This document shows, piece by piece, positions 1-13,100 of a stretch of 64,000 nucleotides of DNA; the first letter of the stretch is position 1; each line of letters starts with the position of its first letter. Position numbers and translations under genes: made by a program. This DNA comes from Catajapyx aquilonaris (taxonomy: Eukaryota), in contig KZ538514.1 in the NCBI GenBank assembly GCA_000934665.2, forward strand, positions 1-64,000, given 5' to 3'. A model generated the notes under the pieces. It made no database searches, was not told the origin of the DNA, and saw only the letters and a list, made by a program, of their open reading frames with translations.

Positions 1-210
1 GCGGACCCAACATAGTCGCCGACGGCCATGTTGGGCCCGCATGTAGCGCTTCCCTTTTGTACCTATAAAGGTCAGCGTAGTCCGGTAGGGTCGCCACATA
101 CCAGTGCTCTGAAATGTCTCATGGCGCTCTCAGGTGAGCACCTCCTGCAAAACGCCCCGGCAGGGGGTGGGTGGGAGTGACCAGACCTGAATATTCTACG
201 ATCATGACCA
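1..210. mobile_element. Right part of a palindromic non-autonomous element (same family as 13222-13556)
   Basis: Closely matches about 13345-13556, including the shared terminus ...TATTCTA.GATCATG.CC. Confidence 0.8.
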
Positions 211-350
211 GGATGAAGATAAGTAGAGTAGCCAGGTGGGGAATTATTTTTTTCAACGTGGATGTGGGGTATTCCGGGTTCCTTTTGCGTATGGCAACTC
301 TACTTCAAAACCCCAGAAAACCCATGCAGTCTTTTCCTGAACGGCCCATA
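211..350. repeat. Dispersed repeat, reverse-complement copy at about 24380-24515
   Basis: ATGAAGATAAGTAGAGTAGCCAGGTGGGG...CTTCAAAACCCCAGAAAACCCATGCAG occurs at both loci; both translate as MKISRVARWGI. Confidence 0.75.
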
Positions 351-983
351 TACTCTAGGATAGTATCGTACACCAGAGAATAATGAAAAGAACAGTTGAT
401 TTTGAGTGTTTAATACGAATCACATTGATACTGCAGTAACTTTGACACCACTCCCTCTATCCCAGAATGGGCAAAGAATCCACTGGCATGCCGTGATAAA
501 ATGCCATATGAGAAAAGGGTAGGTCCGAGGCATGACACCTCATTTAATTCAGTGCTTTTAGTGAAGGTATACCTCCCTAACACGTCAGTGAGGTCAGGTT
601 GCATCAAAAAAGCTGCAAACAACATAACATTTCCGTATAGTACGTAAATCGATGCTAGATAATAGTCTTGATGCGGCCCATGGATGTTTTCCCCAAAAAT
701 TTCAGGTGTGAAACGCAGATAGCCACTGCATAGAGTGAGATGGGAGAAATCGAATTCTCGGGCATCATGTTTGCCAAGCACATTGTCCGACCTCCCTTGA
801 GCAGGGCATCTCACCCAAAATTTTGACAACTGAATCAGATCAGATGGCCAAACCTCTATACATTGATGATATAGCTTACATTATAGCCATCACATCAGTT
901 AATTTGTTCAGAAGTAGCTAATGCCTGTCAATCCATGATTTCCCCTGGTTATTCAAAAGTGGTCCCAAAAAATTGGCACCTAC

Positions 984-3900
984 TTGATTCTGTCCAGGTT
1001 TGAGAAGCGGTGCAGGGATGTAGAGGGTCCTCTGTGGTCCTATGTGGAAGTATCGACCCAGGTTGAATCCGTTGACAAACACCACTCCTTTCATCCAGCC
1101 GTCCATTTTCATGTCCAGGAAGGTGTCCTCTGGGGACTCGTCTACAGTGAATGTAGCGCGCACCAAACATGGGCCTTTCAATTTGCTGTCCACTTCTCGC
1201 CACCCATTCAAGCTGCACAGACAAATCAGTGGGTTTTTATCAAGACATCTTATGGCACCAGAATGGCCAAGCTCACCTGGTGACCCACTTGGATTTGAAT
1301 TCCAGGGGAATAATTCGCCAGTTCTTCTGCACGACGCTATTTATCTTGACAGGTCCTTCCCACAGACCCTTCTTTTGTACAAAGTCTTTCGGCAAGCCAT
1401 AATTCACTCGACCCATGTTCTCGACCATAATATCCAAAATGGTATCTTTACGTTCCCCTTCACTGAAGAGAAATTCCGAATCCCTAAAAAAAATCAATTC
1501 TAGGCATTAGTATGTGCGCGTCAAATTGGATGTCAATTATTGACCATACTTATGGGTCATTTAATGCCACGACAAGCTATAAATGTTGGATTTTAATTAA
1601 CATTTTGCAAGTTTCTGTGCCTTTAGAACAAGAATGAGAAACAAAGCCAGTGTACTTTGTGAATTTATTAGCATGAAGGGGTGATTGCATATTCGTACGG
1701 CGTGTTTTTAAATATTCCTATAAAGTTGTGCGTGCCCAGAAGATCGAGAAGTGCTTACAATGTACTGTACTTCATCACATTAAAATTAAAAATTTCAGTT
1801 CAGCATTTTCTATCTTTCGTTTTGCACTGAATGACCCTGATATATCTCATCGTACTTAAGCATCCAGTATCCGAATCCGTCGAGATCAAGAGTGGAAGTC
1901 AAAGGTTTGCTCTTCAACATTCCGTCAATCATGAGGTACGCCATGTCTCGAACGTGGCCCATAATTTTCAGGACGCTACCAGTACTTATTTGCACTTTTT
2001 TTCGGTATATGATGAAACCGTAGCTTTGTCCGCTTCCTCCATTGATGTTGAGCATCTCCATACTCACCGGATCCTCATAAGTATCGATGTCTCCTTGCGG
2101 CTTTAGAAAATTGAAGAGATTGAAAGGGAGAGAAGATTCGTGAAAAATATGGTTTCTCAGCATGTATTGGGCAATACAACTATTCCACTAACCACTTGAC
2201 TAATGAGGTCCTCCAAAGTCAAATAGTGGGTGACTGTTGCTACTGGATAGGCTACCTTCTTGCTCTGTAATGGCTTAGCAGGTAGTTTTGTTTTAATGGG
2301 ATAGTTCCTCTTGATAAGTTCTTTCATCACGTAATACTTAGGCGTGTAATCTCCACTTTCCGTTAAGAGCGCGTCATAGTCTGCAAAATTCATGGAACTA
2401 TGTTACACTGTAACTACACTTTGTGTGATATAACTGAAATGAATTATCTTACCATAACTAGTGACATCTGCTGCATAGTGAGGGAACTCGGAAAGTGCGT
2501 TAGCACCGTTCATGAATCCAAAATTTGTACCACCGTGAAACATGTACAGGTTTATCGAAGCGTTATAGCGAAAGACCATCTTCATGGCAGCTATGTATTC
2601 TGTAATAAAACATCGATAAGGCCACACTGTCAAAGGGTGTTTTAGACGTCTTGATTTTCGAACTGACTTTCCAATGGGAATTTATGGTGCATTGGTTCAA
2701 TCCAATGATCGAACCAACCAGTCCAAAATTCGGCAACCATTAAAGGTTTGTCTGGTTGAAGTTGTTTCAATGCTAGAAATTCCTCTTCACCTCTGGCTTG
2801 GAAATTGGCTGTTGCTAACACTGTCGGGCCATTCAAATATAGGTTAACATTGTTCTGACATTTTAGCTAAACGAATTCGGACATAACCATACCTCCGGGA
2901 ATCGAGCCCTTGTTGGAGTACATTAGTGGCGAGTCTGCAGTGAAGTGCAGGCTCGTTATCTTATTATCGTCTAGTAGCGTTTTCACGAATTTCAGGTACT
3001 CTTTGTCTCTATAATTGTCATCCGAAGATCCGAATGATCCGTATTCATTCTCAACCTGTAGGAACGTCATTCATTGTAGAACAAAGCAAATTGGCATTAC
3101 ACATGTGTACAACTTCCTCATGCCAAAATTAAGTACCGTTGTTAGTAAAAATTTTTTTAAAAAAATCCCTCAAAATTCAACATAGCCAGATAATGACAGC
3201 TTCAACTACCACCGCACACAAACCCTGTTCTCAAACATTTCAAGTGAAGAATATTTTGGTATTCACATTGTCAGAGCGTGTCACCTTTCACCGAGTAATA
3301 TTCATTTGTTTAGCATCTTAGAGAATATTTTCGGCAGGTGAGACGCTAATGGACGCTAAGCCGTGGCCAAGAGAGGAAACGCATATAGGCTTGGCGGCGA
3401 AAGTGCTGGACATAGGCTTACAAAATATGGTCATATAGTTCGACAAACATTTCGATTCACATAGGATTTTGTGCGGTGATAGCTAAAGACATGCACCATC
3501 ATATGGCTAAACTGATTTTTGGGGGAAAATTAATTTAAACGTTTTTATGGCCAAACGGTTCTTCCTTTTGTAATCCGTTAATTCTTACCTGCACTGCGAT
3601 TATCGGGCCCCCTAATTCAAACTGCAGATCGGCAACTACAGGGAGTAATTTGTCAAAATACTTTTTCACTCGCGTCACAAAGCCAGAATAAGAGGTCCTC
3701 ACTCTCATAGAGTGATCGCGCAAAAGATAGCTGAAAAATAACCATTGTTAATTATAGCCGTGATTCGATTCAAAAGGTCACACAAGCAATATGCGTTTCG
3801 TATGATACCTAGGAAGGCCTCCAAATTCCCATTCCGAGCAAATGTAGGGACCGGGGCGTACGATCACGAAGAGATCTTCCTCCTTAGCAATCTGAAAATA

Positions 3901-4098
3901 TCGCCTAATGTCCAAGAACATTGACATTTCTCTATTTCCAAATCCGAAGTCATAAACATCCATTTGGGGTTCGTGTAAGTTCCAGGGTACATATCTGTAA
4001 CGGAGATAAAAATTGTTGGGATTCGTCTTTTCATTTCTTGCACTCGTAAGGGCCTAATGTTATTAATTTTACGAAGGAAGTTACTGACACAATTAACA

Positions 4099-4158
<60 letters not shown>

Positions 4159-7100
4159 GCTGCACAGATTTATTATCGTTATAGGGAAAATGCCATTTAT
4201 ACTTATTCCTTAGGCTACTATGATTATGTTACAAACAGATTAATAATAGTTTGTTAATAATTGTGGTGCTTTTATATTTAAAATATGAAGGATGTTCAGG
4301 TTTAGAGAATTGTTTTTTGGAAGCACATTCCGATTTTAAGTTCAATATGAAATCATGCTGAATATCGATTCCTCCGGAAAATATTGCATTGAAACCACAC
4401 ACTAGATGCAATTATTGTCCAAGTCAAGCCGGTCAGAAAGGGCAGCATGTATGTAAACTCTTTGATCCTTTTAGCTCAATTGATCCCATAAATCCGACCT
4501 GAATACTTCGCAAACCACCGCATCCGCTTCGGGTATTCTGGTATTCGGATATGCATTTTATACACTGATTAAATTACCCTTTTCCCGTAAAAATATGTCG
4601 AATAATTCCCTATCCGATGTCCCTGTAAAATGACAGTCCCATTACATAACCGGAATCCAGATCCGACTTCCGTCTTACATAATTGATGATTGACAGCTGC
4701 ATAATGACCCTGAAGGATCAAGGCCCTTAAGTGCATGACATCAGCATTTGGGATTCCCAGTATTTGGGACCATCTCGCGGCACTGTGAGGAACTGGACAG
4801 GAAAAGCATTGCCTGCTCTTCTAACATGCTCTCGCCCTCTGCCAACCCTCGACAAAACTACATTTACAGTATACTGTATATCTCGCGCATACCCTGCGCA
4901 TACCTCGGGGGTCGGATACATAATAGTGTATAGTTGGCAGCATTGCAGGGTATACTTCAAACGTCTTTATTTTCTGCAGTAAAATACAAAATAATAAATG
5001 GTAATATGCATATACTGTCGCAAAATTCGCGATCCTCAGCATTAACGTTTTTTTTTGCGAATTTCGAGTTGCTTTTTACGATTTCAGATTCGGAGCCTAC
5101 GGAATGTTTCACATGTTCAGTTTACACCCGTAAATAATAATCGGTGTGTCATGATTCAAACTCCAAGAGATGGAGCTAGACAGTGATGAACATGTTTCAC
5201 AAAGACGGCTTCAAAATCCTATATACCAGTGGTTCCCAACCTATAGGGGGTCGCGACCCAAAATCGGGTCGCGAGCATAATTGTAAGGGTCGCGGGGAAG
5301 GCTGGGGAAAATGATTAATAATTTTAAAAAGGAAAAAAAATAGATAAAGAATGAAAATTTTGCGGGGGAATTTGTCTCAAATCTGCATAAGCATTGTACT
5401 ACATTTGTACCTGGGGCGCCAGGTTGAGGAAAGGTTGTAAATCGGGTCTCGATGAAAAAAGATTGGGAACCACTGCTGTATACAGTATTATAAGGATGCA
5501 GTGTATAATATTACACCATTATGATTTGATGCTGGCAAGTTGTGAACTAGTTAACACTGAACTTCTATTGAATCAAGTTCAACAATATTGAATTTCGTCA
5601 GAAGCCGCGCAGTAAGACAAGACTTCTCATATTACAGTGCATAGACCTCATCAAGCGTAGGCTATATGATGGGATGGGCGGATGGGGAAAACAGCACGAA
5701 AAAAAAAGTGTGGATGTCATATAAGTCACTTGGATGACCTTTCAGAAAACGGCCATTATCAGCCTAGTTCATTGACACGGTCTTCCCCCCAAAAAAGTGC
5801 AATTACTTACGTTTCCACGGTATTGAGTCCAGCAGCCCTCATCTTCCGAAGTCTATCTCTCCATAAGTCTGGATGAACACGGAAATAGTGGATCGCACCA
5901 CTGTATATCGTAATTGGGCGTCCATTTAAGAAGAAACTATTTTCTTTTGCTTCTAATCCTTTGTTCACTCCAGTTTCAGTGTAATGCTCGTACAGGGTAG
6001 GTGGTCCTCCTTCCATTACCTGCACGGGAGTATAAATGGTTGCTACTGTCAAACTATGCCACAATATTAGAAATCAATGGCGTCTACATCACTTCAAAAC
6101 GCTCCATACATCTCATTCACTCTTGTTTTATTCCAGCATATATCCCCATAGGAACTCGTCACACTATACCACTGTTTCAGACACAAACTTCGTAGCCCTA
6201 TAAATGGAGTGGTATGCGCAGCTACTTTCTATAGTCCGGATGCTACAAATCGCAGGCACATAGAGGAGCGATGAAAATAAAGCCTTTTCTGGGCCGGAAG
6301 ACTCATTACGGAGTCCTTGAATTCCTGAAAGCGCTCTGCTTTCCTTCTTGCGCGCAATTTTCAGACTGTGATCGATGATTCGCACCTGGACCGAGAAACA
6401 CTGTCGCTCGTGGTAAAGGAGAAAAGGAAAGAAAAACTTGGGAGAGAGAGAGAGAGAGAGAGAACTCTTATATAAGAGCCAATAGGGTGGTGTAAAAAAG
6501 GCACTGCGTTTGTTCAATATCACGTTCTGTTCCCACTATGCCTGATGAAAGGAAGGAAATTCAGTTACGATTAATTCGTTTTTAAGTAATGAAATATCCT
6601 GCAATTAAGGGGGCTGGTTGCGTACAGAAGAGGTAAAATCAGAACAAGTGGGTGATCGCGTGCTATTCATGTAGGATTCATTATTTGTTCGGGGTTTACC
6701 ATAGTTTATATGCAACCTATAGCCTATCGTACAAAATAATAGCAACAGACTGATATGGAAATAAAATGAACAGAAGAATTTAACTCTGGAGTGGAATGGA
6801 ATTGAACGGAAGGAGATAGAAGACGTTCAGAAACGTGTGACGACAGTGTTATTCGTAGCATTAAGATAATATCAAAAATCGAACTCCTAAAAAAAATGAC
6901 AAAAAAGCAGAATAGGGAAGGAGAAACGTAAAATTCTGTCTCAAACAGGAATGTAATGAAACAGGATAAATGTAAACAAGGTTTAAATAGACATGAGTGA
7001 GGGCGGCTGGAATAGGAAATGAAGAGAATTCCATCACTACCGAATCTCCGAGGAATTCTTTAGTTCACACTATGCAAATGTCAAAATGTACCGAGTCGTA

Positions 7101-10100
7101 TTTAAGATATCACTCATAAGCAAACTATTAGTAAGGGTGTACGCATATACTCAAGGTCCTACTCATCAATCTCTACAGAAATGGGTCAATATATCTCCAT
7201 GAAAACGATAAGCTACATACATGCACTGCACCCTTGATTAGACTAGGCATATACTTGCAGTTACAGTAGAACCCCGATTATCCTACTCCTCGGTTTATCC
7301 GACAGTCCCCGCTCCAACAATAAATGTATGATTTCTGATCAATCACTAATTCAGGCCTAAGGATCTGTTTTGCATGGCCTTAGATACATTTTAAACAGCA
7401 CACGTGTACGTAAAAGTTAAATACTTTGCACTATTTCTTATATAACCGTAATATACCGGTATGCCTTTTGTTGTGTTTCATTAAAGTTCCCTTTGATCCT
7501 CGGATTATCCGACCTTTTCGGTTATCCGACGATGCCCCAGTCCCATGGGTGACGGATAATCGGAGTTCTATACTGTATGTAGTTGGACCTGCTCTGTCCC
7601 GTCCTATGCCGCCTAATTCGAGAGCCATATCACATAAGCAAATGAGCTATATTGAGGATAATAGAAGATATTAGGTGTAGTGTTCCCGATAAATTGCTCT
7701 TGTTCACCCAAATCAGTTCTAGGTCAGATAAGTTAGGCCAGCGTTTGGCCTATCATGTTACAGGCATAATATACGGTACAGTACAAAGAGTATCGATTTT
7801 CTAGTCTTAGACTCTCCAGACGATGTTATTTATCACTATTTATACGAGGTTGTGATGCAGGCGTAGGTATGCTGCGTATTTTACCTGTCACTCCCACAGG
7901 TGTTTTGCCTGTCAGTGAATCTCACACACAAGCACTGCTGGTATGGACGTAGCTATACAGGGTGTAAATGAATTCAGCCGACAAACTTGTAGGGGTAATA
8001 GAGGGGACCAAGACAAACATATTTGACATAGGAAACCGTGTCCGGAAACGCCATCTAGAGGGGGTTCATAGACAAGGAATGGGTGCGCTCAGACGCGTCA
8101 CGCGTGAGGCGCTAGGCGAGCGGACTGTTTTGTTGATGGATGGCGCTCGGATAGTAACCAACGATACGATGTGCCATAACGTGGCAACAACAGATTCATC
8201 TAGCAACTAAAGTCCGCCTCCTAGGAGACGCGCGGATAGTCAACAGCGGTTCTGTTGTTCCAGGTTATGGCGTATCGTGTTGTTGTTTACTTACAACGAC
8301 GCGATACGCCATAACCTGGCAACAACTGCGCGCCATCTATCAACAAAACAGTCCGCTCGACTTGCGCCTCTCGCGTGACGCGTCTGAGCGCACCCGTTCC
8401 TCGTCTATGAACCCCCTCTAGATGGCGTTTCCGGACACGGTTTCCTAAGTCAAAAATGTTTGTCTTGGTCCCCTCTATCACCTCTAGAAGTTTGTCGGTT
8501 GAATTCATTTACACCCTGTATAGTATAGATAAGAGAAGAATAAAACTCCCCCCTCCCATCTGAATGCTACCTATACGTTTAGGATCACTCAGGATGGTAA
8601 CTGAGGGCCATTAGAAGGTCCAAAAGGCGCGGGGTTGCTCTGCTTCGCTTTTTCGAAATACCTTGTGCCAAATAAATGGCAGTTCAACTCCGTGTCTTGC
8701 CGAACTTCTAATCGGTTTTCTGTCTCGGTGATCCGGAGTTGTTGGCATTCAGATAAGACTGTAGGTGGTCTTTACCTTTGCATCTTAATTCTATATTAAG
8801 CCTGATTTGAAATTTACACCGTATTTCCATTATCTGTATGTATACAAGTAATCGAAAATCCCGATAATGAGGAATGCATGAGAGGAAGGGGTCGAGAGTG
8901 GAAAAAAATTCGGCGGTATACCGTGTGAATTTTTTTCACTCTCGACCCCTTCCGCTCATGTCTTCCTCATTATCCGGATTTTCGATTACTTGTATATATC
9001 TCTCAGTCTCATATAATCCCAATTATCGAGATTCTACTGTATTTCATGAGAGTGGCTCATTTACAACCTACCTCAGAAAGGTGGATTGAATATAACTATA
9101 GCTTACTGGTGCATGAAGATGAAGCTCCACATTATGGTAACCCTTCCACTTGCATAATGTCATTCTATATGTCTATAAACCTATCTAATATCTTACTCCT
9201 TCAAAATAATAACTGCTTATCACAAACGTCATACTGAAGCAAAAACTAAAACTGGCTGATGATATTACTGACACGACCTTTTCACCCAGAATTCTGGACA
9301 CTATATATGAGATAAATCGGAAAGCATATCTGACATCCATTCCTCAAGACTATACTTGTACACTTGTACATGTCAGCACAACACTGTCTGTCTAACAGGC
9401 ATCAATACATTATTGGCGGACCGCTTAAGGAGGCGGATTATTATTCACTCTCGTTAGATATGGTTACATTTTGCTGCCAGCATTGATTCGCATGTACAGC
9501 CTCACTTGAAGAGCTTTAAGGATATGAATGTAATCGTCACTACCTGTTGACTGACAGCATTAGCGACCTAGAAAATGCGAGTTTTTTTTTAAAGCAATTT
9601 TTAAATTGTTACATGTGATGTTACGATCAGCATAACGTACTGCAGAAATTTTACAATACGCATGCGCCGATTTTGATTCGCATTACATCTCAGATATCAC
9701 GTTTCGTTGGACCTGTACTGTACAGGTAGGTGATGGTGTGCTGATTGGGTTGATCTGATAAGGCGTCCAATTAGTGGACAAGGCAGTCTCGTAAAAATAA
9801 CAGGCTGGAGGAGTAGAGAGTTGGATAAGAAAAGGTTATTGTCGTGGAATTTCGTATAGTCGGTTTCCTCCCGACCCTAACGTGGGTGTTAAGTTACAAA
9901 GTTTTCCAACATTCATAAGGAGGCGTTCCAATACGTCGCAGGTAATAAGAGTCTGGAGCTCTTCAGGATCCGGATTTAATGGAAACGGGAGCAGCGTGCG
10001 TCTATACGGGAAAAGAAGAAAAAAATACTGGAGATGTGAGCTCCATAAGTTTCTATCCTAAGGTTGAAATCAATCCGTCAAATGAAACTCAGGCTGCAGC

Positions 10101-13100
10101 GAGCATCCACTCGTCACTATTTTCTCCTCCGAATGAGCAATATGAAAAAAAACATGATTTTAAAGATAGATTGTTTGTGATTAAGGGGCAGGAAATATTT
10201 TTAAAAGGGACGGACTTATGAAGCTGTCGAAGGTCTATTGTGCAGTACAGGTACATTACGGAAAGGTGTAATTTTTTCACTAGTTGCCGACGTTACGTCG
10301 CAAAATGAATTTTTTCTGACACTTCTCGGAGGCCAAAAAATTTCCTACTGTGAACCCTGGATAGTGCAAATCTATCTAATTATTCTAATGATATACTTGA
10401 AGCTTAGAAATCGCCATTTGTGTAATCACAATTAAGTTAATTGCACACCTCAGTTATCTAAGCCGTTTCTCATCCGAATTACTTCGCAAATGTATCGGGA
10501 CGGCAGAAGCCAGAAATGTGCGTGATAAAATTACACCGTGTTCTATAACAGTAAAGATTTTTAAAGTATTGTTTTAGTAAGTTTAATAGACAAGTACTCA
10601 GCCATCTTTCTGGCGGGAATAGACGACGATACTTTTAAATAAGTTAAAATCTTTAGTGTAAGTAGAGCACGATGTAATTTTATCACGCACATTTCTGGCT
10701 TGCCGTCGATGCATTCGCGAAGTAATTCGGATAAGAAACGGCAGAGATAGCTGAGGTGTATAGTTAACTTCATTATGATAACACAAATGGCGATTTATAA
10801 GTTTCAAAAGATTTGCACTATCCAGGGTTCACAAGGTGAATTTTTGGGCTCCGATAAGTGTCATTAAAAAATCATTTTGCGGCGTAACGTCGGCAACTAG
10901 TCAAAAAATGACACCTTTCCGTGTTTTCTTGCGATAAAAAATTACACAATGAAGGTAGGTAAACAACTCGCATATAATGTTACGTAAATTTAAACAAGCT
11001 TTCTAACGATGTAGACGTTATTTTTTTGGACCATTTTCCTGGGAGTTATTTAGAGTCAAACACAGGGGTCAATATTTAAAAAATGGATAGTAAGCGCAAC
11101 TACAGACGTCTAATAAGGAAATTAGCATGAGATATTCGATGAAGCAATTACCCTACTTGTTTCCACGATACAAGTTTATGCGTCATCATGCGTCAAATGA
11201 TACGCGTAACTTAGCTGGCGTCCATATGAGGAAACCACTACTTTTATAAAAGTAACATGTTAGGAAGTTTCTGAGAAAAAATAGCCTACCCATTTAATCC
11301 TTCATTAGTTATTGAGATTACCCTAATATACGTCAAGGGAAGAGTCCCAATAGTTATTGATTTAAAACTGTACATGTTCAATCAATAAACAAAATCAACA
11401 GTGATGGTCAAAGCAAACGTGGTACTGTACACGTGCTGTACCATTTGCCGTGTCACTCCAAGTGGACACTACTGTCGATTATTTTAAATAGCCCTTAAGT
11501 ACCTTCAGCCATTGCGGAATAATCCTGGTTCAGATGAGATATTTCCATGTGAGACATTGAATCAAAATGGGAAGATGGCGGAGAACGAACGACTGGGACT
11601 GCTCTACTTTAAATGTTGTTTGTGCCATGCAAATATTTCTACCGAGTAACTCCCCCATAATGGACAGGTATAGTGCAATTGACCTACTCAGACCAAAATG
11701 CTCTCTACATCATTTTTGGCTACGAGATGGCCTTATATGGCGAGATGTGGCAAGTAAGTTTCGGTAACGTCTCCATGTGACATGTGAGTATTAGAGACTA
11801 TCTTGCTGGGTAGACAACCCACTTATCCTCAGTAGCAGACGAGTTGTTTACCCAACTCATCCGTGGGCGTCACCTAATATTATTAGCCCCCACACGCAGT
11901 AATAAGCCCAAAATGACAACAGATTTGTTGTCCATGTATTTTTGTATAGGCCGGTCAATGAAAGGTTCACAAAAAAATATTGTGACTCGAACCAACTACA
12001 GTAATTGTACAGGAAGCGTAAAGTTCCATATCGTCGGCAGGGCGAATAGATCATTTTTCACAAAATTGCGAAAATGCATAATATACTATTAAGTTGAGAT
12101 CACCCACTACATGTTTTGGTGAAACGGCAGATGTGTAGGTGGAACAATGTGCCTGTACGAGAAAGTGGTTCCGGCGAGTATCCATATGCCAGGTGCTAAG
12201 GGAAAAATTTGGCCCAAACTTTGCAATTTGTAAGTGTGAAACTACGTATCTCGTTCTTTGGACACTTCTGAGCATATTTGGACGTGGGGTCACGGTGGGC
12301 GACCCAGCTGGAGGTCACTTTCGCAGGGTTGCCAAATTGAACAAGTGCATCATACCTTTACATGAATAAGGACCTTGCATTCGGTGAAAAAGACGTGAAA
12401 CTCGGTACACTAGTTCTTTGGACATATATGAACATATCTGGACGTGGGGCCACGATGTCCGACCCTGCAGGGGGTCTCCATCGCAGGGTTGCCATAGTAA
12501 CAGACTGTGCAACATGCGTTTTTATTTGGATAGCGAGCTTGCATTCGGTGATAAAGACATAAAACTCGGTACACTAGATCTTTGGAGCCTTCTAAACATA
12601 TCTGGACGTGCGGCCACGATGGCCGACCCCGCTGGCGGGAGCTCCCTGTTCAAATATAAACGCGTGTTTCACAGTTTGTTAAATATGGGAACCCTGCGAA
12701 AGTGATTATCAGCTGGGTGGGTGATCGTGGCCCACGTCCAGATATGTTCAGAAGTGTCCAAAGAACTAGTGCACCGAGATTTACGTCTTCATCACCGATT
12801 CGAAGCTCCCTATTCAAATAGAAACGCATGTTGCTCCTGTTAGATATGGCAACCGCGTGAGTGACTCACAGTGGGGTTATCGATCGTGGTCTCACTTCCA
12901 GACATGTTCATAAGTGTTCAATGACCAATTGTTGCGAATTTCAAGTTTTTTATCACCGAATGCAAGGTCCTTATTCATGTAAAGGTCTGCGTTGCATCAG
13001 TTGGATTTGGCAACCCCACGTAAGTGACCTCCGGTGGTCCAAATATGCTCAGAAGTGTCCAAAGAACTAGTGCCTGACACGTATTACTGTACAGTGCACA

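Noticed and set aside
410..829. 139-aa ORF as a possible last beta-galactosidase exon or separate gene
   Set aside because: No GH35 C-terminal or other recognisable motif and a non-ATG start; probably intronic.
6380..6480. TATATAA plus GA repeat as a proximal beta-galactosidase promoter giving an anchorless isoform
   Set aside because: No convincing first exon or donor; the motif is too common to support alone.
7968..8508. Pair of similar ORFs on opposite strands
   Set aside because: Mirror translations of MITE inverted repeats. The same applies to 40117-40566, 13034-13703 and 60989-61352.
12253..13072. CRISPR-like array
   Set aside because: Units are about 160 bp, divergent and lack unique spacers; eukaryotic context with no cas genes.
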